Assembly (NCBI GenBank): GCA_964016885.1
Contig: OZ024741.1
Location: forward strand, 288,548,001-288,612,000
DNA from: Eledone cirrhosa
Taxonomy: Eukaryota
DNA length: 64,000 nt
Direction: 5' to 3'
Positions 11,347 through 28,656 of this stretch are shown here, piece after piece; the first letter of the stretch is position 1, and every line of letters starts with the position of its first letter. A model generated the notes under the pieces. It ran no database searches and had not been told where the DNA came from. It was given only the letters and a program-made list of their open reading frames with translations. Position numbers and translations under genes: made by a program.

Positions 11347-12566
11347 GAAATACTGGCCGAAAGATAATATGGAAGTATACTTGATCTTATATTTGGAGGA
11401 GTTATTTGTTATTTTTTCAAATAGCTTTATAAGGAGAAAAAGACACGGCCTTTCACATTGGCAAGATAGTAGAGATTGGTGAGATTGATGCAATTGATGT
11501 GCAGTTTTCATAACTGCAAGTCGTGACATCTTAAGAATAAAAACGGAGCTAGGATGAGCCAATAAGCAATCGCTATTTGGTCAGTTGACCTACTAAAATT
11601 AGCCATCGAATCCCCTTAAAAGGAACTGCTTCAGGATAACCTAATGCCTGATAGTGATAACAAGTAAAGAAAATAAAAAAACAAAAAAATTAAAATGGCG
11701 TTTTTAAAAATGGGGTACAGCACATTAACTAATGTAGTCATAGAAAAAAAATCTGGGATTAAACAAGAGCATTGACAAGGACAAGTACAGCGACAATAAC
11801 AGTGAAAATATTACTATTTGTGGTCGGTCTAGACGTCTAGACCAATAGATAAACTCTAGAATCAATGAAATGAATTTCAATTCTAAACATTTTAAAACTG
11901 ACAGATTTAGTGTGTTTCCTATTGTAAACGATACATTACACTCAATTTAATTGTGGCATATTGTTGCTTATTTGCTGATATTACATTCTATTATTGGCTA
12001 GTAAATTTGACGACTAAATTTGAACACGACAAAAAGAAAGGGAGAAGAACCGAAGTGACTACAGCTTGAAGCTAACAGAATGATACTCCATCAGTTTCGA
12101 GGATGAGCAATTCATTCTTTGGGAAATTAACTGATGGAATATTCCACCAACACCTATGTCAATACATGGAATAATCCACAAGCAGCTATGTCCTTACACG
12201 GAATATTCCACAAGCATTTATGTCTTTAACATAATTCTTAAAAAGAATCAATGCATCATGGCTGGGCCTTTGATTTACAAATTTCTGTTTCTCAAACTTC
12301 ACATAAAAATCTCGAGTCAACACAAGTCTATGGAATGAGAGACTTGCTCAAGATGCTCCGCACCAGGATAGAAGTGAAAATATCATGACTACAAATCGAA
12401 TTTCTTAACCTTTCAGTGAATCGATCCAGGGAGTCAGTCTTAAAGTTATCGTTTTAGCTGGGAGATAAAACAAGCAAATTGATCTCAAATCACACTTTAC
12501 TAAGATGGCGTTGGGGTGGGGCTTCAGATAATTTCCACCAGCACTATCAATAGCAATTCCACATCA

Positions 12567-16340
<3,774 letters not shown>

Positions 16341-17447
16341 CACGCGTGACTGTTTGTGTAACTGTATGTATGATGTAGCATTGCTTGAGTATAGACACAC
16401 ACATATACACACAATGGTATTCCCACAAACATACATACACTTATGTATTCTTCACCCATACACACTCTTATGCATACGTTTGTCACATTATTATTACCAC
16501 ACCACCTACATCTACACAGATATCAAAAATAAATGCCGCTTGTATAAACTGTTCAAAGAGCTTTGGTAATGATGTTTCATATAATTTTGTAAATATCTAG
16601 AAATGCAAATCGTGTAATTTATTCTTCACTTCAATTGTATGATCGTTATATGAGAAATACCAGTAATATACCCAAGTCGACCCGAAAGACTATAATTTCT
16701 TATTTTTCCCTTTCTATGTTTCTATAATTGATTATTTTCATACATTAATTCGTTCATTTGTTATTGTTTGTTTCAAGCAGTTATTGCTTTCTTTCTTTTA
16801 TTCTTGCACTGATAGACCATATCATCCGCCATCTTATCCAAATCTTAATAATAAAGCACGAACTAACTTCTACTTGCTGACAAATATCACAAATTTTCCT
16901 GAAGAATTTCAAAGCCTGCTTTGATTCATGAGAGACGACAATCGACGATTTACGTCTTCCACATCTAAATTCCTTAGAGTCATGCAAATAATAGTTTTCA
17001 ACCAGCTGCCGTGTCCCGTTAATCTGTCGATAGAAACCGTTGTTGTAATTTTGTAATTCCTCTTTATCTCACATAAACTAACACGTATAAATACAAACAA
17101 TCATACTCACACATATATATCTTTTACGATCGTTTCAAAAAACAAAATTATCGATAGGCAGACTAATTTATGGCAGATGTGCATCATCACCATAATATCA
17201 GCCTCGTAAGAGCAGATTTACACTGTTGTCTATCCCCCAAAACAATATATTTAAATAGATAAGTAAATGGGGTCACATTGAAGGAAATGCACTTAAGTAA
17301 ATAAAAAATAGTATATAATATGCTAATGGTATGGAGTTGCAGAAACGCCATCGATTAGGTTGTACATCAATAATTTTGTTATCTATCGTAAAATAATGGA
17401 TTAATTAACTGCTTCCTCTTGTTTAATAATCCTTTCATTGTTTGATG

Positions 17448-17528
<81 letters not shown>

Positions 17529-17678
17529 TCAATGAAAAAAAAGAGTTAGTTGATTTGTAATCAACTGATTCTTATATGCAGGTGTCAAGCACTCAACGGT
17601 ATAAATTTATCCGGAGTATTATGAATAATAATAGTAATAAACGAAAGATATATACTTTATATCATCTCTATTTATTTC

Positions 17679-17858
17679 TTGGCAGTATCGGTAGAGGGTC
17701 GGACGCCATTCTTTGACGCATAGAGTTACGGCCCTTGCCATTCTGAGTTCAAATCCCATCGAGGTTAACTTTGCCTTTCATCCTTACGGGATCGATAAAA
17801 TAAAGTACCAGTAATGCACTGGGTAATTGCTGGCCTTGTGCCAATAGTAGAAACAATT
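17679..17858 (+). mobile_element. tRNA-derived SINE
   Basis: TGGCAGTATCGG A box, GAGTTCAAATCC B box, core CCTTTCATCCTTACGGGATCGATAAAATAAAGTACCAG. Confidence 0.85.
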
Positions 17859-17867
17859 ATATATATT

Positions 17868-18412
17868 TCGAAGATGGAAAGTTTTATGTATAACATAAAG
17901 CAAAACATGTCCTCAGATAAAATACATAGAAAATGTATACTTTTTTCATGATATGCTGGTAGACAAACGAGATGTACAGATCGGTGACCATCGGATCTGT
18001 TAAGCTCTTTGTCCACAAATCCAAGTTCAGTCATACTTTGATCCAAGTGGATTGGCATATAACCTGTAGCTCCAATAATGATAGGTATGAAGCTGAAAGT
18101 GTGCGTTGGATACTGGATCTGCGAACTCCTCATCAATGGTCTGTAGATGTTCTCCTTCTCTTGTATTTTTCTTACAACGTTGACATCAAGTGGGCAGCTG
18201 ATCTCTACAACAGAGCACGTTTTCAATGTGGGGTCCCAAACAACAATATCAGGTGGGTTGTGCTTTAATTTGGAAGCAGTTTTTAATTTCAGGTTCCACC
18301 AGTATTCTTTAGTGCCATCTATCTTAACACATTCCTCCTCATTTGTTTGTTTTTTGTTTTGTTTTCGTAAGTGCGTTCCAGATGGTTCTAGCTATCACAT
18401 CGTGTCTCATAG
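17868..18412 (-). mobile_element. 3' fragment of an R4/Dong-like RLE non-LTR retrotransposon
   Basis: EYWWN..KHNPPDIVVWD..KTCSVVEISCP..KENIY..IPIIIGATG is homologous to 44852-45646. Confidence 0.85.
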
Positions 18413-18414
18413 GG

Positions 18415-19253
<839 letters not shown>

Positions 19254-19263
19254 TATGTATAAA

Positions 19264-20040
19264 TTTTTCTATTTAATTGCTAACCTGTAGATATTGTTCG
19301 CTATACAGTAACGGTAAAATCACTTGTAATAATTCTTTACACACATCTCACTGTGTAACACACTTCTCTTTGTGTAATATATACTTGCATTTGAGCTCAG
19401 AAGGAAATTCTCTATTCTTCTTTGAGCTAATACTATTATTATTATTATTACAGTGAACTGCGGAATACTCTTAATTCCGATCTTTGTATACTTAATGAGC
19501 TCCAAATTGTTGAGCTAATAATTCGCATGGTTGGGCTGCACTTTCTAGCATCTTCCTCAATCCATGAGAGCCGTTATTTGATTCAAATAACACGTGATTT
19601 CGCCCTACTCTGGCCAGCGTGTCTTTTTGCAAACTCTCTATCCATGAGGTTAGATGTGTAGTGTTCAGTGTTCGCATTTTACTGACTGAGGATCCATGTG
19701 AACTGATACTGCACATATAAGTGGTGAAACGAAGCTAGATTCGTATCAGCAAAATATAGTTATAAGGTTTGTGATTTAAAACTCCAATCCAGAGATTTGA
19801 TTCTGAACTGTTTTTTTTTTCTATTTAATTGCTAACCTGTAGATATTGTTCCCTATACAGTAACGGTAAAATCACTTGTAATAATTCTTTACACACATCT
19901 CACTGTGTAACACACTTCTCTTTGTGTAATATATGCGTGCATTTGAGCTCAGAAGGAAATTCTCTACTCTTCTTTGAGCTAATACTATTATTATTATTAT
20001 TACAGTGAACTGCGGAATACTCTTAATTCCGATCTTTGTA
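19264..20040 (+). mobile_element. HHR-containing element, ~1.4 copies of a 552-nt monomer, ending in (TA)n
   Basis: 19264-19488 is repeated at 19816-20040. Confidence 0.82.
19676..19755 (+). ncRNA. Type I hammerhead ribozyme with a full stem III
   Basis: ATTTTACTGA-CTGAGGA-[tCCA TGTG..CACA..TGGt]-GAAA-CGAA gctaga TTCG-T-A-TCAGCAAAAT. GUA triplet. Confidence 0.82.
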
Positions 20041-20041
20041 A

Positions 20042-20108
<67 letters not shown>

Positions 20109-20110
<2 letters not shown>

Positions 20111-20398
20111 GTCACAACACCTTGCTAGGAGTCGGAAACTCTGAAAAAAAAAAACCCTGCGGCTTCAGAAGCATCCGATGATGTTGACCAGTTCTCCTTT
20201 TCGGCTAATGTTTTCGATGCTCAGACAGTGGGATTGGTCGAATGCAAGGCCTTTCGCAACTTTAAAAATCTTCAAAGCACAGGCATTGCTTGTTCAGGAT
20301 CTGTTACAGGTTCGTGTGGCTGGCCGTAGCCAAAACGTGCACCATTTTCAGTAATCTGACAAGCGATTGCAATACACTTAGCAGAGTTTGCAGCCATT
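20109..20398 (+). mobile_element. Truncated, diverged RTE-derived non-autonomous element between (TATG)n tracts
   Basis: Shares CTAGGAG..AACTCTG, GATGTTGA, AGTGGGATTGG, ATCTTCA..GCACAGGCATTGC and the GCAGCCA end with 20501-20996 and 55631-56243. Confidence 0.6.
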
Positions 20399-20500
20399 AT
20401 GTATGTATGTATGTATGTATGTATGTATGTATGTATGTATGTATGTATGTATGTATGTATGTATGTATGTATGTATGTATGTATGTATGTATGTATGAAT

Positions 20501-20996
20501 GTCGAGTCACTCTTGAGTGCTACTGGTAACATGTAACCCAGTACAACCGGTCGCATCGTCGGGTAGTCGGCGACTAAACCGGCAACCCCACCAAGTTTAC
20601 TTGGTGAGGAGGGTGATTTTGGACACCCTGCAGGACAAAAAACAAAACCTGACAAAGAGCGGAAGAATTCATGTATACACATGTACCGCGCAGTTAAACC
20701 ACCGGGAGTGAAGGAGGCCTCGCCTTTTTCAGGGCATTCTTCTAGGAGAAGGCAACTCAGAAAACTGGGATAACTCAGATATAGCTCAGTAGTTACCGTT
20801 GATGTTGATCTTTTCTTCCTTTTGGGTTATAGCTACTGTTGCTCAGAGAGTGGGATTGGCTCAGTACACAGTCTTTCCTCACTTCAAAAAATATCTTCAC
20901 GCACAGGCATTGCACGATAGAATTAATTAATAATTATTAATGATGGTATATCGTGCAATGGCCATACTCGATAACGAGGGGCAGTCATCATCATAT
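20501..20996 (+). mobile_element. RTE-derived bipartite non-autonomous retroelement inserted in (TATG)n
   Basis: Collinear with the minus-strand copy at 55631-56243. Has a hairpin-rich 5' part and the 3' end GGCCATACTCGA..GGCAGTCATCATC. Confidence 0.65.
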
Positions 20997-21389
20997 CATG
21001 TATGTATGTATGTATGTATGTATGTATGTATGTATGTATGTATGTATGTATGTATGTATGTATGTATGTATGTGTATGTGTGTGTGTGTGTGTGTGGAGT
21101 GTAAGAGTGTAAAAAGTGAGAAATATAAATAGAAAGTGAGAAAGAGGGGGATAAACGAAAGGGAACTTTTATTATTATTCTGAAAGAAATTTCAAACCCC
21201 TCTCTCTTACCTTCTCTCAATCTCTTATAAGTCATTCTCTCTCACTCTCTCTTAATTTTTTTCTTCTTTTCTCTCTCTACCTCTCTCTCCCACTATCTCA
21301 GTTACTACATCATTTCTGAAAGAATTGAGTAAACTATTTCTGGCAGTCTTTGAAACATATGTTTGGTTATTGAACGTTGGTGAGAGAGA

Positions 21390-21484
<95 letters not shown>

Positions 21485-21779
21485 AAAGAGGGGGAGAAGA
21501 ACAGATAGTGTGAATAAAAAAAAGACAGTACATAGCAAGGCAGAGTTGGCAGAGTCCAAATTTGGAATCAAAGAAGCTTTCAATATTTTGATCTATTATT
21601 AACTTTCACTTCATTTCGTGCCTACATTCTACTTGAGGTCGTCGTGTATATATATATATATATATTTAAATATATATACACGCACACACACACACACTCT
21701 CATATATATATATATAAATATATATACGTATACATATACATATATCATTATGTCTATGTATAAACACATACATACATCA

Positions 21780-21826
<47 letters not shown>

Positions 21827-21897
21827 AGCAAATATAATAGTTGTTATACTATATTTATACAAATATCAATTTCGGCCATTTTATTATGCATTATCCA

Positions 21898-21995
<98 letters not shown>

Positions 21996-22186
21996 AGTCC
22001 ATCTATATGTATGCAAGTATGTATGTATGTATATGTGTTTGTGTGTGAATATATATATATATTTATATATATATAGTAATAATAATAAATTTGAAGACTA
22101 AAATCCAAAGAGGGCTCGATAAGGATAAATATATATCAAATATATAAGAACCGTAGGGCAAATATTTATTAAAATAACAGATTAAA

Positions 22187-22235
22187 GTTTAAGCAAAGAA
22201 TCGCTGCTTTCACCCTTAACGGGATCTTCTGAAAC
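22187..22235 (-). ncRNA. Hammerhead-like motif with variant core CAGAAGA
   Basis: Reverse complement: GTTT-CAGAAGA-tCCC gttaa GGGt-GAAA-GCA..TGC-T-T-AAAC. Outer helix ACAGATTGA/TTAATCTGT. Confidence 0.55.
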
Positions 22236-22315
22236 TAACAAAGTCAATCTGTGAACGCAGAAGTGAATATTTCATAAAACGTTGTAACCGGAGGAAGACA
22301 GGAAGACGATACTTT

Positions 22316-22597
22316 GGTTCGTGGAAACGTTCCCTGGCAAAGAACGGGAAAAAACGAATATAATACGTCATTAATAGGAGCGGTGAAAAACAATTACACG
22401 CAAAGACAGAACCACGTTTATGGTATAAAAGAAGTCGTAGACTAATATTCTCTTAGGTGGTTCATAGAGACGTTCTCTGGCAATGAACGAAAAAAACGAA
22501 GATAATACGTCATATGTGGAGTGTGGAGAACAATTGCACGCAAAGACATAACCACGTAAATGGTATAGCTGAAGTCGTAGACTAAATTCTAACTAGG
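22316..22597. repeat. Diverged 143-bp tandem duplication inside the HHR-bearing element
   Basis: GGTTC..ACGTTC.CTGGCAA..ACGCAAAGACA..GAAGTCGTAGACTAA at 22316 and 22459. Confidence 0.8.
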
Positions 22598-22929
22598 AGA
22601 CCGGATGAATCTCCGCTTCAGAGTTAAGAATAAAGTAAATAAATACAATACAGGGGTAATATAAATTAAATAAATGCATACACACATTCAAATACGTACA
22701 GACACAAGCATACGCGAACACACTCGCCATAGGTATACAAATACACGCACGTACACAAAACAACAACAACAAAAAAACCCGCACGCACATACAGAACCCA
22801 CGCAGAGCCTGTACCCGCAGGCACACGAATGTATATATATATATATATATATATATGGACATACACACACGCACATACCACTATAGGTATTGGCACCAGC
22901 ACTCAGACAGCGTTTAAACATAATAGGGC

Positions 22930-23252
22930 TGTATATGAAAAGCATATACTATAGGTTTGTATAAAATAAATATATCGACAGCCTCGCTATCAAAGAAAAA
23001 ACACCCTTTGCTTATGAAAAACATATTTTCCTTGTTTGCTCTGTGAAACTAACAAAGTCAAAACAGATATTTCAGTTGTCGTTGAGAATGTCAGACAATT
23101 ATTTAAAGATTCATTAATCAATCAGTTTCAACGGCTACTGACAGCTTCACAGCGCAAAAGAGAGAAACATATTTTTTCTTTGATAGTGAGACTCTGAAAC
23201 TTCCATATGTAATGTTTATAAACATATATGAAAGTATATTCTTTCATATACA
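22930..23252. repeat. Long imperfect inverted repeat
   Basis: TGTATATGAAAAGCATATACT / AGTATATTCTTTCATATACA; CTCGCTATCAAAGAAAAAA / TTTTTTCTTTGATAGTGAG; GCTCTGTGAAACT / AGCTTCACAGCGC. Confidence 0.65.
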
Positions 23253-23288
23253 CCACGGTTAACACACACACACACACACACGCATATG

Positions 23289-23331
<43 letters not shown>

Positions 23332-23532
23332 ATAGATCTGTTCAGTAAACTTCTATAATGACAACTGCAAATACCATCAGCACCACCAACATCAGCACCA
23401 CCACCGCTACCACCAAGAAAAACAACAACATAAACATCAATAACAATAGCCGCAAAAACAGCACACTAAAAAAAATCATCACCAATCTCTGTAAGGGCAA
23501 TAAACTTTATTATCCTCTATATTATTATTATT

Positions 23533-26223
23533 AGGCATCGCAACCGACGTGCTTGCGGCGAGATTGGCACTCTACGAATTCTTCAACGCAAAGCATGAAG
23601 GATGCGTTGTCAAAGCTAGAGCGCGTGCTCTGAGACACGAGGGGACGAAAGCCGTTCAATGGTACCGGGTGGTGGAGGCGCGACGTAGCAACAAATCCAC
23701 AATACGGTCTTTGCCTGATCAAAACGGGAGCATATTCCTCGAACCGGAGCAGATGTGTGCGGCTTTTCAACAGCACTTTTCACGATTGTTCGGGGGCGGC
23801 GGCGGGCAGAATCAGAGTATGGACTTCGGTGCATACCTCGATGGACTGCCACTGCTCTCGGCGACCGCAGCGCAGTGCTGCGAAAGGCCGATAACAGCAG
23901 GAGAAATACGGGAAGCGATGTCTAACTGCACGAGGAGTAAATCGCCAGGTTTGGATGGTCTACCCTACGAGCTTTATGCGTACATGCCAGACTTGTTCGG
24001 TGACCTCTTGGCAGATGTCTACTGCAACTGGCAGCAGAACGGGGGCATTGTGAGCTGGGGAGCGGTGGCTCTGCTGCGAAAAAAACCCGAACAAAGGGGA
24101 AGTTATAGACAACTTCAGGCCCATAACTCTTCTAAACACAGAGTTCAAGATTTTGGCCAAGGTGTTAGCAAAGAGATTGGCGCTTGTCGTCGGCGATCAG
24201 GTGGGAGAGGCCAGGCATGCGCCATTCCGGACAGATCTATCGTCGACAACCTCCATCTCATGCGATACATCATAGAGGGGGTGGTTAAGGAACATGGCAC
24301 GGGTGGGGCTCTGATCAACTTGGATCAATCTAAAGCATTGGTACCTGGCTGCGGTCCTCGAGGCAGCCGGCTTCGGGCCCGTTTTTAGAGGCTGCATCAC
24401 TGCGATGCACGGCGACATCTGCTCGATTGTGAGGGTGAATGGTCACCTGTCGCAGCCGTTCAGCATCATGCGCTCGGTCCTCCAAGGTTGTCCCCTCTCG
24501 TCCCTCTTGTGCGTACTGGCCCTCGAGCCATTACTGCACAAATTGGAGACCATGAGGGGGTCCCTCGCGAACTGGGATGCGGGAGATCCGTGTCGGCTCA
24601 CGCCGACGACGTCACCGTGGTGGTGTCGAGCAGCAAACAGGTCCAGACGCTCGGCACCACCGCTCTCAGGGAATACGAAACGGTGGCAGGAGCAAAGATA
24701 AACCAGGAAAAGTCGGCAGGCTTGCAACTCGGCACCTGGAGAGGCAAGTCCATGCCGTTCGACAGCGTCGTGGGGCGCTGGACGGAAGGACCAGTTAAAT
24801 TGCTCGGGGTCTGTTTCGGTCCAGACCTCCAGATGGAGAAAAACTGGAACGAGATGACGAACACGGTGGCTTCTCTCTCCCAGAAATGGGCTGAGAAGAG
24901 GCTGTCTCTGAAAGGTCGGGCGGAGGTGGCGAATGCGTACATCGCGTCCGTCATCTGCTACCGCCTTACCGTCGTACTTTGCTCGCGTCCAACTCTGACC
25001 AAAATAGAGCGCCTTCTATTCCGCTTTTTGTGGCAGGGACGTGCTCCCGTGGTGATACGATCCATGAGTTGTCAGCACCCGCTGCGTGGAGGACTGGGCA
25101 TGCCGTGGCTGATGATGCGCAAACATGCACTGAGGCTGCGACATCTCTGGCGTTTCCTTGACGGTGAACAGGTGTGGTCACCGTTTCCCAGACGCGCTTT
25201 TCCCCAGCTCGTCTCCTTGACGGAGCTGCAGTCCTCGATAAAAAAAAACCGAGGCATAGCGCTTGGAAGCTGGAATGTCTCCAAGCGCTCACCGCCCTCT
25301 ACCAACTGGGCACTGATGTCGGTGGAACATCCACCTTGGCGTTCTATAGAGGGCTAGTGGAGTGGAAGAGCGACGACGTTCTCGGGGAGAATCTGGGCGT
25401 CGAAGACGATCAGCTGTTTGCTCTCTTCAAGAGAACTTTCAGCCCAGAGCCTATGGACAATTTCCAGAAATTCCTGGCCTGGCAGTGCTACCGGAGAACG
25501 TTGCCGGTTCGACATAAGCTCTACAGGCACGGAGGTGCTGTCAACCGAGCCTATCCGAGATGCGCGCAGGACGACGTAACCGTCCTGCACGCACTCGTTC
25601 AGTGCCCGAGGATTGCTGACTTGTGGAGCTATGTCGAACAATTGCTGTCGCGTGTAGGACGGATCCGGTTATCGACTGAATCCACTGTGCAGATAGCTCC
25701 GCCATCCTCCTCTAAAGGGGAGGAAGGGCAAGCAGTCTTCATCTGCCTGGTGGCCTTGACGAAAGAGATTGTGTGGTGGACAAGGTTGAAAGGGTTCAAG
25801 ACGGACACTTTCCTCTCCAGCTAATCCCTAATTAACTTTTTCAAGTTTTACTTGAAGAGGAAAATCAGGGCGGAAAGGCAAGTGCTGTCTTCTAGTAAGT
25901 TTGTTGAAAGGTCTGTGAATGTGGCGAGTCTGGTCCGAGTGAACGGGCCCACTCTGCGTATGCGCCGTAGACTGGGGAGTGGAAAACTGAGAGAGGGCAC
26001 TTGACCTGGTGGTCAGGGTGGCCGTGGTCTTTTGTGTGGTTTTCGCCACAAGTGACCCTCGAGGGCTTCCTCCTTATCGGGGAATTTTTGTTGTTTGAAT
26101 TTTAATTTATTTTACACTTTTCTGTCTTTTATAACCTTTTTACACGGCCAAACCCACTTTGTATCGTCCTGTGCCGTCTGTAATGTTTTTCTTCATGTTA
26201 GCCCTTGTGGCCAATAAAGAAAG

Positions 26224-26224
<1 letters not shown>
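23533..26224 (+). mobile_element. 5'-truncated, frameshifted Tx1/L1-clade LINE flanked on both sides by (TTA)n
   Basis: RT motifs PGLDG, LDQSKA, QGCPLS and HADD spread over ORFs 23549-24388, 24405-24701, 24488-25357 and 25174-25824. AATAAAGAAAGC is followed by (ATT)n. Confidence 0.92.
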
Positions 26225-26268
<44 letters not shown>

Positions 26269-26817
26269 GATGAGATGGTATAAAGTTAATCAACTCCACA
26301 TTATCACAAGACTACATTATCAATTAACCATTAACCGATGTGAAAGAGTCGAATAATATATATACATTAACAGGCCTTATCTGACAAAGAACACACCGAA
26401 ATGCTTCAAATGTAACTCCGACGCTTCCATTATTTTCATCATCATCATCATCATCATCATCATTCTTATCATCGTCATTTCTACATTCCCACCTACAACT
26501 CCCTTACCCGGTTTTAGTACCTACCCAAATGCCGACCCGCCCTATTGACCAAGAAACATATAATATTACAACACCAACCCACATCCATTTAGTCTTTCCA
26601 TTATCTTATGATTTTTGCTTTATTTACTTTTAAGTCTTCGTTTTGTATTCCTATTTTCTTGTTTCGTTTTTTTTTTTTTGTAAAGTGTGAAAGTGTCTTT
26701 TTGTAGAGAAGTGTTACTTTTGCCCGAGAAGAACATGGTACATTCAAAATTTACTGTACGATACAAATTTGTGCAGTACGTTGGAATGAAGGCCAAGCAA
26801 TTAGAAATATTTATTAA

Positions 26818-27214
26818 CCCTTTAGCATTCCCTTACCTCTTTCTATTAAAACCGGCTGTAATCGGTCGCTCATACTGATGTTAAGGTATTTTTCTCAAAA
26901 TAAATAATATCAAAATCTCATAGATTCGATATTATGTGCTATAATTATGTGAGGTAAAGACTTTACCGTGAAAATATAATAGTATATATAGAGTAATGGG
27001 CGGTGGATTGGCAGTATCGGTAGAGGGTCGGACGCCATGCTTTCAAGCATAGTTACGTCCCTTTACGATCTGAGTTCAAATCCCGCCGAGGTTGACTTTG
27101 CCTTTCATCCTTACGGGGTCGATAAAATAAAGTACCAGTAATGCACTGGATAATTGCTGGCCTTGTGCCTAAAGTAGAAACAAGTATATATAGAGTAATG
27201 TAAATGCTAAAGGG
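26818..27214. mobile_element. piggyBac-type MITE interrupted by a SINE
   Basis: TTAA-CCCTTTAGCATT ... AATGCTAAAGGG. An uninterrupted sibling is at 41174-41358. Confidence 0.75.
26999..27182 (+). mobile_element. tRNA-derived SINE with an 18-bp target-site duplication
   Basis: A and B boxes plus core. AGTATATATAGAGTAATG at 26981-26998 and 27183-27200. Confidence 0.9.
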
Positions 27215-28250
27215 TTTTAAAGAATTGGACGATAGCTTGTCCACGGAATTTCTCAGTGTTGAATAATTGATTTCATCTGAATTTCTACTGAAAGTTTTCA
27301 TAAGGGGTGAAAATCTTTTTACAAGATCTATGAATATTTTCCCAAATAGTTAGTCAATATAGCGGATTAAACCACGTGGCCTTTTTATTACCTTTCCGTT
27401 TGTTCAACTATGCATGTTTCTGATATTCAACAGCATTTTTGAGACGTTAAAATGCTTGGACAATATTGTATACACATGCTACTCGGTTAAATGAAGTTTT
27501 GAGGCTTTCTTGTAACGTATGACATAAATCCTTTTACCTACCATTGTATTCCCAACACCACTAATAGAGTGGTTGGAATTATGATTTATTTAAAGTATTG
27601 AATAATATGTATTAATGCTTAGCCGAGATTATTTTCTCAAACATTAAAAGTTAAATTTAAAGGTGGTAAATTGGTAGAGCCGTTAGAATATCAGATAGAA
27701 TACTTTGCGTTATTCGTTCTGGTTCTCAGTTCAAAACCTGTCAAACTCAACTTTTCGAATTGACAAAAAAAGTATCAATGTAGTACTGGGGACAATTCTT
27801 CATCTATATATCTTTCTCACGCCCTCTCTCGCCCCACCCACTCACTCTCATTCTTTTGTTGCACATTTATATTTCTAGAGATAAAAATAAACATCATCGT
27901 TGTTAGACTTATCTAGGTTATAATTATTATTCAAGATAATAACACCCTTCTTCATTACAGGTGTAACAGATTAACATTTCCTTTGCTCACTGAAATATGT
28001 GAGGCCCCAACCACACACACACACTTAATTTTATGTTTCTCACACAGAATGTATCACTGCTGTGTATTTCCATGTTTACATGCCTATATATTAAATATAT
28101 GTATACTTATATACACATTGGTGCAGTCTCGATTAACCACTCTGTATGTATACATATATAACTTTATCGTACACTTTCGCTGTTAGCGCACTTCCTTATT
28201 TTCGTTTATTTTACTTACACTACCTTTTATATTCTCTATCTATCCTATGT

Positions 28251-28287
28251 GTTCTTTGAAGAAGAGCTAAAGCCCGACACGTCGAAC
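28251..28287 (+). ncRNA. Degenerate minimal hammerhead-like motif
   Basis: GTTC t TTGAAGA aGAGCT aa AGCCC GACA CG T C GAAC, with GACA in place of GAAA. Confidence 0.4.
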
Positions 28288-28489
28288 TTTCATTCCCCTT
28301 TTCTATATAAACTAACAAGACTTTCTGTAACTCGGGTCTTGTCGTAACTCGGGTCTTTCTGTAACTCGGGTCTTGTCATTTCCTTGAACTATATATATAT
28401 ATATATATATATACCTGTACTCTTCTTTGCTCTTTTACCTGCTCCAGCCATCCGGCTGAAGCTATGCTGGGGGCACCGCCCTTATATAT

Positions 28490-28605
<116 letters not shown>

Positions 28606-28656
28606 GGAAAAAATGATATATCATTTCTCACTCTTAGTACAGCTGATACTTAAATA

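Noticed and set aside
12085-12141. Hairpin with GAAAC as a possible hammerhead (minus strand)
   Set aside because: The core would read CCAAAGA and there is no UH site. Too degenerate.
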